Below, piece by piece: positions 56,433-64,000 of a DNA stretch of 64,000 bases (the stretch's first letter is position 1; the number at the start of each line of letters is the position of its first letter). Source of the stretch: an uncultured Gemmatimonadales bacterium (lineage in GTDB: Bacteria > Gemmatimonadota > Gemmatimonadetes > Gemmatimonadales > GWC2-71-9). The stretch covers positions 278,292-342,291 of the forward strand of contig CAVVWJ010000002.1 of the NCBI GenBank assembly GCA_963751925.1, written 5' to 3'. The notes under the pieces were generated by a model. It saw nothing but the letters and a program-made list of their open reading frames with translations. It had not been told where the DNA came from and did not search any database. The position numbers were made by a program, and so were the translations under genes.

Positions 56433-57799
56433 GCGGCAGAGACAGCGGCCTGTTCGATGGCTGGCTGGCGAGCGGGCGGGAGGTTGCAGTAGTCGGCCTC
56501 GGGAAGAGCGGGGTTTCGGCAACGCTGCTGCTGCGGGAGCGCGGGATCCCGGTCTACGCATCCGACACCGGTTCGGGCGAGAGCTTCGACGTCTGGGCTC
56601 GGACGCTGCGAGCTGCCGGTGCCTCGGTCGATCTCGGCGGCCACGATCTCGCGAGAATTTCCCGCGCTGCGGCCGTGGTTGTGGCGCCAGGAGTGCCTCC
56701 CAACGTACCCGCTCTCGAGGTCGCGCGCCGCGCAGGACTCGAGATCCATGCCGAGGTAGACATCGGGTTTGTGGGGCTCCGCGGGACTCGCTGCGTGGGA
56801 ATCACCGGGACCAACGGCAAGACCACGACGACGTCATTGATCGGGCATGTGCTGGCAACCGCGGGCATCTCGGCCGAGACGGCAGGAAACATTGGGCGTC
56901 CGCTCTGCGAGGTGGCGCGCTCGAGCAATCCACCCGAGTGGCTGGCGCTGGAGCTCTCGTCCTTTCAGCTGCACGACGCGCCCAATCTGAAGCCGGCCAT
57001 CGGCGTGCTCACCAACCTCGCGCCCAATCATCTCGACCGCTACAACACGCTCGAAGAGTATTACGGCGACAAGGCGCTGCTGTTCCAGGGCGCCGACTCG
57101 GAATCGTTCTGGGTCACCAACGCGGATGACCCTGCCGTTCAGGACATGACCGGTTCGGTCGCGGGTACTCAGGTCCGATTTTCTATCGAGCGGAAAGCAG
57201 ACGGGTGGTACGACCGGACCGGGGACCGGCTGGTGTTAGGAGAGCAAAGTCTCATGGCCCGAGCGAAGCTCCCGCTTCTCGGCGACCACAATGTCGCCAA
57301 CGCGCTGGCTGCCGCGCTGGTCGCCCGGAAAGTGGGGCTTACCTTCGAGCAGATAGCCAAGGGGCTCAGCTCGTTTCGTGCGATTCCCCATCGAGTCGAG
57401 CCGATTCGGGAGGTCGCTGGGGTCCTCTGGATCAACGATTCCAAGTCGACCAACATCACCTCTACCGAGGTCGCGGTCGCGGCACTCGACCGTCCCTTCG
57501 TTCTTCTGCTGGGAGGACGCCACAAGGGAGAGCCCTACAGCAGGCTTGCCGATCGGCTCCGTGAGCGTTGTCGGGCTGTCGTGGCCTACGGAGAGGCGGG
57601 ACCTCAGATCGTGAATGATCTCAAGTCTGAGCTCAAGGTGATTCCGGCCGGCAGCTTTGCCGACGTGCTGGAAAAGGCCCGCGCTCTGGCTCAGCCTGGT
57701 GACGCGGTGCTGCTGTCACCCGCCTGCTCCAGCTACGACATGTTCAAGAACTACGAAGACCGGGGCCAGCAGTTCCGGGCAGCAGTGGAGGCACTGTGA
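56429..57799 (+). CDS. murD: UDP-N-acetylmuramoylalanine--D-glutamate ligase
   Basis: VVGLGKSGVSA, ITGTNGKTTTTSL, SSFQL and NDSKSTN. ATGA overlap with mraY. Confidence 0.93.
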   Translation: MSGRDSGLFDGWLASGREVAVVGLGKSGVSATLLLRERGIPVYASDTGSGESFDVWARTLRAAGASVDLGGHDLARISRAAAVVVAPGVPPNVPALEVARRAGLEIHAEVDIGFVGLRGTRCVGITGTNGKTTTTSLIGHVLATAGISAETAGNIGRPLCEVARSSNPPEWLALELSSFQLHDAPNLKPAIGVLTNLAPNHLDRYNTLEEYYGDKALLFQGADSESFWVTNADDPAVQDMTGSVAGTQVRFSIERKADGWYDRTGDRLVLGEQSLMARAKLPLLGDHNVANALAAALVARKVGLTFEQIAKGLSSFRAIPHRVEPIREVAGVLWINDSKSTNITSTEVAVAALDRPFVLLLGGRHKGEPYSRLADRLRERCRAVVAYGEAGPQIVNDLKSELKVIPAGSFADVLEKARALAQPGDAVLLSPACSSYDMFKNYEDRGQQFRAAVEAL

Positions 57800-59070
57800 C
57801 TCTGAGAGGTGTGCGGCATCCAGGTGAGCTGAGGTGGGAGACCCGCCTGCTGGCGATGCTCACGGCCGTGCTGCTGGTCTTCGGCATTGCTGCCACCTAC
57901 GGCGCCGCGAGCCTCGTGACCCTGCAAGGCCAGAGCGCCGGAATGGGCTTTGCGGTGCGCCAGCTCTCCGGGGCGGTACTAGGTGGTCTGCTATTACTGC
58001 TTGCGTCTCGGGTGGACTATTACCGATGGCGGCAGCTTGCGTGGCCGCTGCTGTTCTTCACTCTCCTCCTGCTGCTGATTCCACTCTTGCCATTCACCCG
58101 CGCCATTGCTCCCACGGTCAACGGGGCCAGACGATGGATTCAAATGGGACCCGTAAACTTTCAGCCCTCGGAGCTGGCCCGGGTCGTTGTCGTGATCTGG
58201 AGCGCGATGCTCGCGTCCAAGAAGGGAGTCCAGGTTCGAGAGTTCAAGAAAGGTGTGCTTCCGTTCATTGTGATTCTGGGTTTGACATCAGTCCTCATCC
58301 TGCTCGAGCCCAACCTGTCCATGGCAACACTGGTTGCTCTGCTGGGCGGGCTGGTCCTGTTCACCTCCGGAGCCAAGATAGGCCACTTCGGTCTACTCGC
58401 CGGGGTGGGAATGATTCTGGTCTTCCATCAGATTCGCGATGCTCAATATCGGCTGGCGCGCCTGCTGACGTTCATGAATCCGGGAGACGCAACCACCGAG
58501 GCAGGCTTTCAGATCCATCAATCGCTGGTGGGCATCGGCTCCGGCAGGCTGCTGGGGGTAGGCTTCGGAGAAGGGCAGCAGAAGCTCGGGTATCTCCCGT
58601 ACGCGTACTCTGACTTTCTCTTCAGCACGATCGGTGAGGAATGGGGTTTCCTGGGAATTCTGGTGGTGGTTTCTCTCTTCGCCCTGTTCTGCTGGCTGGG
58701 GTTCAGGATCGCGAGGACCGCGGCCGATCCATTCGGACGGTATCTGGCGGTGGGTCTGACGGCGACGATCGGCCTCACTGCGTTCATGCACATGGCGGTT
58801 TCGCTGGGGCTGATGCCGACGACGGGGCTCACCCTCCCGTTCATGTCCTATGGCCGATCGAGCCAGGTGATCTCGCTGCTCGGCACAGGCATTCTCATCA
58901 ACATCGGCCGGCTGCGCGGAAGCTCGCGGGCGGCGGGCCCGAGAGAGCGGCGAAAGGACAGAGCGGGGGACCGGCGGGAGACCGCGAGTAGTGAACGAAA
59001 CCATCGAGGCGGCGAGCGGCGTGATCGGGTGGAGGATGCCCGCTCCCGCAGAAGCGCTGGTCGCGGGTAA
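57796..59070 (+). CDS. ftsW: FtsW/SEDS-family peptidoglycan polymerase with Arg-rich C-terminal tail
   Basis: Ten hydrophobic helices. Motifs RWIQMGPVNFQPSELARV, SDFLFSTIGEEWGF and GLTLPFMSYGRSS. The last ~55 aa are highly charged (RERRKDRAGDRRE...). Confidence 0.93.
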   Translation: MTLRGVRHPGELRWETRLLAMLTAVLLVFGIAATYGAASLVTLQGQSAGMGFAVRQLSGAVLGGLLLLLASRVDYYRWRQLAWPLLFFTLLLLLIPLLPFTRAIAPTVNGARRWIQMGPVNFQPSELARVVVVIWSAMLASKKGVQVREFKKGVLPFIVILGLTSVLILLEPNLSMATLVALLGGLVLFTSGAKIGHFGLLAGVGMILVFHQIRDAQYRLARLLTFMNPGDATTEAGFQIHQSLVGIGSGRLLGVGFGEGQQKLGYLPYAYSDFLFSTIGEEWGFLGILVVVSLFALFCWLGFRIARTAADPFGRYLAVGLTATIGLTAFMHMAVSLGLMPTTGLTLPFMSYGRSSQVISLLGTGILINIGRLRGSSRAAGPRERRKDRAGDRRETASSERNHRGGERRDRVEDARSRRSAGRG

Positions 59071-59082
59071 GCAGGGGTCAGC

Positions 59083-60201
59083 GTGTCTCCATCCTCCACC
59101 GGCCTGACGAATCGCCGGACCGTTCTGATCGCGGGAGGCGGGACGGGTGGCCATCTGATGCCGGCGCTTGCCATCGCGAGTGCGCTGCTGGAGCATGCTG
59201 AGGTCTTGGAGCCGGTTCTCATCGGTGCTTCCCGCGGCGTAGAAGCCCAGATCCTTCCATCTCGCGACTTTCGCTTCCATCTCCTCCCAACCGAGCCGAT
59301 CTATCGCCGCACCTGGTGGAGGAACTTTCGCTGGCCATTCGTGGCGGGGCGCCTGCTGCGGGAAGTTGGCCGAGTCTTCGAAACGGAGCGGCCTGCGGCA
59401 GTGATCGGCACTGGCGGCTACGCCTCCGGCCCTGTCGTGTGGTGGGCTGCCAGGCAAGGGGTTCCGACGGCGGTGCAGGAGCAGAACGCCTACCCGGGGT
59501 TGGCTACTCGATGGCTGAGCCGCCGAGTTCGCCACGTGTACCTGGGCCTACCGGAAGCGCGACGGCTACTGCGCTTCGGGCCGAGTACCGAGGTGTTCGA
59601 TACCGGCAATCCCATTACGCCTCCCAGGCGGGAGCGAAGGGGCGCTGCCCTGGAAAAGTTCGGTATCGACGGAAGCCGGCCTGTTGTGCTGGTCACGGGT
59701 GGCAGCCAGGGCGCACTAGCTATCAATCGTGCGGTGGCCGGGCTGTTGGATGCCGGCGGGCTCGGCCCTGCAACACTGATCTGGGTAACCGGGCGCGGCA
59801 CCTTCGGGGAGTTCTCCAGGTATCATCGGCCACCTGAGGTTCAGGTATTCGACTTCCTCGATCCAATGGCGGATGGATACGCCATCGCCGACCTGGTAGT
59901 GTCTCGGGCCGGGATGATCACGGTAGCCGAGCTGTGCGCCTGGGGACTTCCCAGTGTGCTGATCCCACTCCCCACGGCTGCGGCAGATCACCAGACGTAC
60001 AACGCGAAAGTCCTGGCAGCTGCCGGTGCCGCGCTCATGCTGCCTCAGGCAGAGCTCAGCCCGAGCAAGTTGCGGGAAGTAGTCACCGGACTCCTCCAGG
60101 ATGAAAGCCACCGAAAGCAGATAGGAGAGCGGGCTTTGGCTCGCGGCAAACCGGAGGCAGCTCGTGAGATAGTGTCTAGGTTGTTGACACTCATTTCATG
60201 A
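59083..60201 (+). CDS. murG: undecaprenyldiphospho-muramoylpentapeptide beta-N-acetylglucosaminyltransferase
   Basis: IAGGGTGGHLMPALA, TGGYASGP, QEQNAYPG, VTGGSQGA and HQTYNA. Confidence 0.93.
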   Translation: MSPSSTGLTNRRTVLIAGGGTGGHLMPALAIASALLEHAEVLEPVLIGASRGVEAQILPSRDFRFHLLPTEPIYRRTWWRNFRWPFVAGRLLREVGRVFETERPAAVIGTGGYASGPVVWWAARQGVPTAVQEQNAYPGLATRWLSRRVRHVYLGLPEARRLLRFGPSTEVFDTGNPITPPRRERRGAALEKFGIDGSRPVVLVTGGSQGALAINRAVAGLLDAGGLGPATLIWVTGRGTFGEFSRYHRPPEVQVFDFLDPMADGYAIADLVVSRAGMITVAELCAWGLPSVLIPLPTAAADHQTYNAKVLAAAGAALMLPQAELSPSKLREVVTGLLQDESHRKQIGERALARGKPEAAREIVSRLLTLIS

Positions 60202-60250
60202 TCTCGGACTTTCGGAACATGCAGTAACATCTTACATTAGCTCACCCAAC

Positions 60251-61624
60251 ATGAAACTGTTTAACCCCTCGGATAAACGCACCGTGCACTTCATGGGAAT
60301 CGGCGGAGCCGGGATGAGTGCGCTCGCACTTATCGCATGCCGCCGAGGCGTATCTGTGAGCGGGTGCGATCTGGATCCGTCCGGCGCAGCCGATCTCACT
60401 GCACTGGGGGTGCGGGTTTTTAAGGGGCACGATCCGGCTCACCTCGCCGATGCTCGCGCCATCGTCGTGACGGCCGCCGTGTCGACGGATCATCCTGAGC
60501 TGGTCCGGGCTCGGGAGCTGGGGGTTCCGATTGTGCCGAGAAAAGTGGCACTGGCCGAGCTGATCGAAGGCGCCAGGGCGGTGGGTGTGGCCGGCACACA
60601 CGGAAAGACCACCACGACGGTCATGGCGACCGAGGCGCTGGCGGCGGTAGGTCTCAATCCAACCGGGATCGCGGGGGGAAGGGTCAGTAGCTGGGGAGGA
60701 AACGCGAAGATCGCTGGCGACGACCTCTTCGTCGTCGAGGCGGATGAATACGACAAGGCCTTCCTCACCCTGCACCCCACGGTCTCGGTGATCAACAACG
60801 TGGAACCGGACCATCTCGAGTGTTACGGCTCCATGGCGGCGCTCGAGGATGCGTTCCTCGAGTTCGCCGGGCGGGCTAAGGTCGCGATTATCAGCGCGGA
60901 TGATCCGGGGGCCAGAAAAGTCGCCGGCCGGGTGAAAACCTTGGTGCGGAGTTTCGGGTGTGCCGGCGACGCCGACGTTCGGATCTCCGACGTGGTGCAG
61001 TCGGCAGAGCGTACCGAGGCTCGAGTCCAATGGCGGAACGGGCGCTCGATCGCTCTCCGGCTCATGGTTCCTGGACTCCATAACCTGAGAAACGCCGTTG
61101 CCGCTCTCGCCGTGGTAGAGGCCCTCGATGGCTCGCTGGAGCCGGCGGCTGCTGCTTTGGGCGAATTCAAAGGGGTTGGTCGTCGTTTCGAGCGGCTGGG
61201 AGAATTCGGAGGAGTCGCCGTCGTGGATGATTACGCGCACCATCCTTCGGAGCTCGCGGCAACGCTCTCGGCCGCACGCCAGGCATACCCGGGCCGAAGG
61301 CTGGTCGCCGTGTTTCAGCCGCATCTGTACTCCCGCACCGCTGCCCACGGTCAAGCAATGGGCCAGGCCCTTGCGGCTGCTGACCTGGTGATCGTGACCG
61401 AGATTTATCCCGCTCGGGAGAAGCCCATCGCCGGTGTGAGTGGGCAACAGGTGGCCGACGCTGCGGAGTCGGCTGGCGCCGACACGCACTTCGAGCCCAC
61501 ACGGGCCGATGTTGGTCGCACGGTGTACCAGGCGCTGCGCAGCGGCGATGTGGTGCTTACACTCGGAGCGGGTGATATCACCCGGGTCGCCCCTGAGCTG
61601 GTGAGTTGGCTGGGCGCCGCCTGA
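60251..61624 (+). CDS. murC: UDP-N-acetylmuramate--L-alanine ligase
   Basis: HFMGIGGAGMSALA, GVAGTHGKTTTT, EADEYDKAF, DDYAHHPSE and FQPHLYSR. Confidence 0.95.
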   Translation: MKLFNPSDKRTVHFMGIGGAGMSALALIACRRGVSVSGCDLDPSGAADLTALGVRVFKGHDPAHLADARAIVVTAAVSTDHPELVRARELGVPIVPRKVALAELIEGARAVGVAGTHGKTTTTVMATEALAAVGLNPTGIAGGRVSSWGGNAKIAGDDLFVVEADEYDKAFLTLHPTVSVINNVEPDHLECYGSMAALEDAFLEFAGRAKVAIISADDPGARKVAGRVKTLVRSFGCAGDADVRISDVVQSAERTEARVQWRNGRSIALRLMVPGLHNLRNAVAALAVVEALDGSLEPAAAALGEFKGVGRRFERLGEFGGVAVVDDYAHHPSELAATLSAARQAYPGRRLVAVFQPHLYSRTAAHGQAMGQALAAADLVIVTEIYPAREKPIAGVSGQQVADAAESAGADTHFEPTRADVGRTVYQALRSGDVVLTLGAGDITRVAPELVSWLGAA

Positions 61625-62325
61625 GCGCCGGTCCCGTCCGACACTCCCGGCTCCGGCTGGGATTGCAAGCACTGGCTATTATCGTGGCCACGGGCCTGGT
61701 CGGTGTGGCGATACCCGAGGTACTGCGCCGGCTCGATTTCTTCAGGATCAGGCGGGTCGAGATTTCCGGGCTGCAGTATCTTGCCCCGAACAAGGTGATC
61801 GCCGCGTTGGGGCTGGATTCGACTGCGAGTGTATTCGACGATCTGGTCGCGGCCCGCGCTCGGGCTGCCGCACTCCCCGGCATCGAATCGGCGCAGGTGA
61901 GCCGACGGCTTCCGGGAACGCTGGAGATCATGCTGGTCGAGGCGACTCCGGTTGCCCTCGCTCCCAGAGTTGGCGGCATGGCGTTGTTGGATTCACGTGG
62001 CAGGGTCCTCCCCTTCGACCCGGCCGCGTCCGCGCCCGACCTTCCGGTCGTTGCCGCGGCGGACACCTCTGTAGCACGCGTGCTGGCGAGTGTTCAGGAG
62101 TACGATCCGGTTCTTTTCGGTCGTATCCGCAGTGCCTCGCGCGTGCGGGACGACGTAGTACTTGATGTGGACGGGCGCCGGTTGTTGTTTGGCTCTTTCG
62201 TCACGGCGGAGGATATACGAGCGGTGGTGGCGGTGGCGCAGGACCTCGCCCGGGAAGGGCGAAGGTATCAGGAGCTCGATGGACGTTTCGCGGGCCAGGT
62301 CATCGTGCGTCAGGCTGGGGCATGA
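61606..62325 (+). CDS. ftsQ: cell division protein FtsQ (POTRA domain)
   Basis: TM LGLQALAIIVATGLVGVAI followed by POTRA (FRIRRVEISGLQYLAPNKVIAAL). It sits between murC and ftsA. TTG start overlaps murC. Confidence 0.8.
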   Translation: MAGRRLSAGPVRHSRLRLGLQALAIIVATGLVGVAIPEVLRRLDFFRIRRVEISGLQYLAPNKVIAALGLDSTASVFDDLVAARARAAALPGIESAQVSRRLPGTLEIMLVEATPVALAPRVGGMALLDSRGRVLPFDPAASAPDLPVVAAADTSVARVLASVQEYDPVLFGRIRSASRVRDDVVLDVDGRRLLFGSFVTAEDIRAVVAVAQDLAREGRRYQELDGRFAGQVIVRQAGA

Positions 62326-63575
62326 GCAGTCAGCCGCAGCGACTCGTCGCGGCCCTCGATCTCGGCTCCACCAAAATTGTCGCCCTCATTGCCGAGGTCA
62401 CCGGTGATGCTCGAGACCCCGGTGCCAAGATTCTCGGCCTGGGGGTGGAACGGAGCCCCGGAATCCGCCGGGGGGTGGTCCGTGATATCGAGGAGACGAC
62501 CCGCGCCATCGACAAGGCGATGAAGAGCGCCCAGCGGATGGCGGGAGTCGAGGTCGGCTCGATCTATTGCGGTATCGCCGGGGAGCACCTGGCCGGACGC
62601 AGCTCCCACGGAATGGTCTCGGTCAGCAGCGACGAGATTCGCACCAGCGATGTGGCCCGGGTAAACGATATGGCCAGCAACGTGAGCTTCGGCCGGGATC
62701 ACGAGCTGCTGCACGCCATTCCACAGGACTACCTCATCGATCAGCAGGGCGGCATCAGCGAGCCGATCGGCATGACGGGCTCCCGCCTCGAAGCTGAGGT
62801 GTACCTGGTGACGGTGCTGTCGAGCGTGCTCCAGAATCTGCGAAAGTGTGTGGAACGGGCAGGGTATCAGGTCGCCGAGTTCGTGCTCGAGCCGCTGGCA
62901 GCGTCGCTGGCGGTGCTGACGCCGGACGAGATCGAGCTGGGCTGCGCCATCGTCGAGCTGGGTGGCGGGTCCACCAACGTCTCGATCTTCCATAACGGCA
63001 AGATCCGCCACACCGGATCTCTCCTCTGCGCCGGTGGGCATGTCACAGCGGACATCGTGCATGGCCTGCAGGTGACGCAGCACGATGCCGAACGGCTGAA
63101 GGAGCGGTACGGGGCGGCGTTCGAGCCGCTGGTGCCCGAGAGCGACGTGTTCGACCTTCCCAGTACACCGGGACAGGGCGCGCGGAACGCACAGCGTCGT
63201 GTGCTCGCCCACATCATGCACATGCGGCTGCAGGAAGTACTCGAGTACGCGCTCGACGAGATCACCCGCGCTGGCTATCATCAGCGCTTGCCGGCCGGCG
63301 TCATCGTCACAGGCGGTGGAGCGCTGGCGCCGGGAATCGTCGAGTTGGCACGAGAGGTGTTCGCAATGCCGGCCCGGTGCGGCGTGCCGGGGCAGCGCCT
63401 GCGAGGGCTGGCCGATAGCGTGGAATCACCCAGAATGGCGGTACCAGCCGGCCTGGTGCTCTACGGCGCCAGGCAGGTTGCAGTGAGTGGCGGAACGGGG
63501 GCCGGTGCGCGGAAATCACCGGCGGTCGAGAAGGTGCTGGCTCCAGTCAAGCGATGGCTCCAAGACTTCTTCTGA
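62322..63575 (+). CDS. ftsA: cell division protein FtsA
   Basis: Actin-fold motifs [36 protein letters not shown] and [18 protein letters not shown]-terminal amphipathic helix KRWLQDFF. Confidence 0.95.
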   Translation: MSSQPQRLVAALDLGSTKIVALIAEVTGDARDPGAKILGLGVERSPGIRRGVVRDIEETTRAIDKAMKSAQRMAGVEVGSIYCGIAGEHLAGRSSHGMVSVSSDEIRTSDVARVNDMASNVSFGRDHELLHAIPQDYLIDQQGGISEPIGMTGSRLEAEVYLVTVLSSVLQNLRKCVERAGYQVAEFVLEPLAASLAVLTPDEIELGCAIVELGGGSTNVSIFHNGKIRHTGSLLCAGGHVTADIVHGLQVTQHDAERLKERYGAAFEPLVPESDVFDLPSTPGQGARNAQRRVLAHIMHMRLQEVLEYALDEITRAGYHQRLPAGVIVTGGGALAPGIVELAREVFAMPARCGVPGQRLRGLADSVESPRMAVPAGLVLYGARQVAVSGGTGAGARKSPAVEKVLAPVKRWLQDFF

Positions 63576-63598
63576 GCGGGCCGAAGGGAACACACACT

Positions 63599-64000
63599 AT
63601 GATTTTTGAACTGGAAGAGGGCGCGGCCCAGACCGCGCGGATGAAGGTGGTTGGCGTTGGCGGCGGTGGCGGCAATGCCGTGAACCGCATGATCGAGGAT
63701 CAGTTGGGTGGGGTCGAGTTCATCTCGGTGAACACTGACTCGCAGGCGCTCGCCATGTCGAAGTCCGACGTGAAGATCCAGATCGGTCGAAAGCTGACCC
63801 GCGGCCTCGGTGCAGGGGCTCGGCCCGAGATCGGACGGCAGGCGATCGAGGAAAACCGGGACGAAGTGATCCACTCGGTACAGGGCGCTGACATGGTATT
63901 CGTAACCTGCGGCATGGGTGGTGGCACCGGCACCGGCGCCGCCCCGGTGGTTGCCCAGATGGCTCGTGAAGCCGGGGCGCTCACCGTCGGCATCGTCACC
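63599..64000 (+). CDS. ftsZ: cell division protein FtsZ (partial, continues beyond right edge)
   Basis: Not in the ORF track because it has no stop. ATG 63599 gives MIFELEE...[16 protein letters not shown]...NTDSQAL...[11 protein letters not shown]...[17 protein letters not shown], the tubulin signature GGGTGTG. Confidence 0.97.
   Translation, partial: MIFELEEGAAQTARMKVVGVGGGGGNAVNRMIEDQLGGVEFISVNTDSQALAMSKSDVKIQIGRKLTRGLGAGARPEIGRQAIEENRDEVIHSVQGADMVFVTCGMGGGTGTGAAPVVAQMAREAGALTVGIVT

Overview
GC-rich bacterial chromosomal window. The gene content and protein style loosely suggest a Gemmatimonadota-like organism, but this cannot be verified from the sequence alone. There are no rRNA genes, CRISPR arrays, transposases or integrases. 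Long antisense ORFs in the track are GC artefacts. Layout: (1) 0-14 kb is a mixed-strand accessory neighbourhood. It holds secreted or lipoprotein hydrolases: a partial M28 peptidase, a PKD-metallophosphoesterase, a metzincin with three tandem Ig-like repeats, and an S8 subtilisin. It also holds an SGNH hydrolase and a tightly coupled operon encoding a receiver domain, an unknown 200-aa protein, and LigD split into separate polymerase, ligase and phosphoesterase genes, with no Ku in the window. (2) From 12.9 kb to the right edge every gene is on the + strand. The order is tilS-hpt-ftsH-folP-DUF2723, then yggS-divIVA-PNP-ileS-dksA-like-lspA-rluD, which is a Firmicute-like synteny block. (3) The most interesting locus is at 28.9-45.9 kb: 18 translationally coupled genes. 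A full chemosensory set (cheW-cheY-cheA-cheC ... cheR-cheD-cheB-cheW-cheW) is split open by a polarity-GTPase module. That module contains a 901-aa TPR protein, two PATAN/DUF4388 proteins, three consecutive Roadblock/LC7 proteins (one fused to TPR), MglA, and an unusual protein made of two tandem DnaA-type AAA+ domains with no DNA-binding domain. No MCP receptor is present. (4) Next come a small MA-type peptidase-like gene, tRNA-Val, a Lys-rich secreted helical-repeat gene and tRNA-Asp. (5) The window ends with the dcw cluster rsmH-ftsL-ftsI-murE-murF-mraY-murD-ftsW-murG-murC-ftsQ-ftsA-ftsZ, with ftsZ truncated at the edge.
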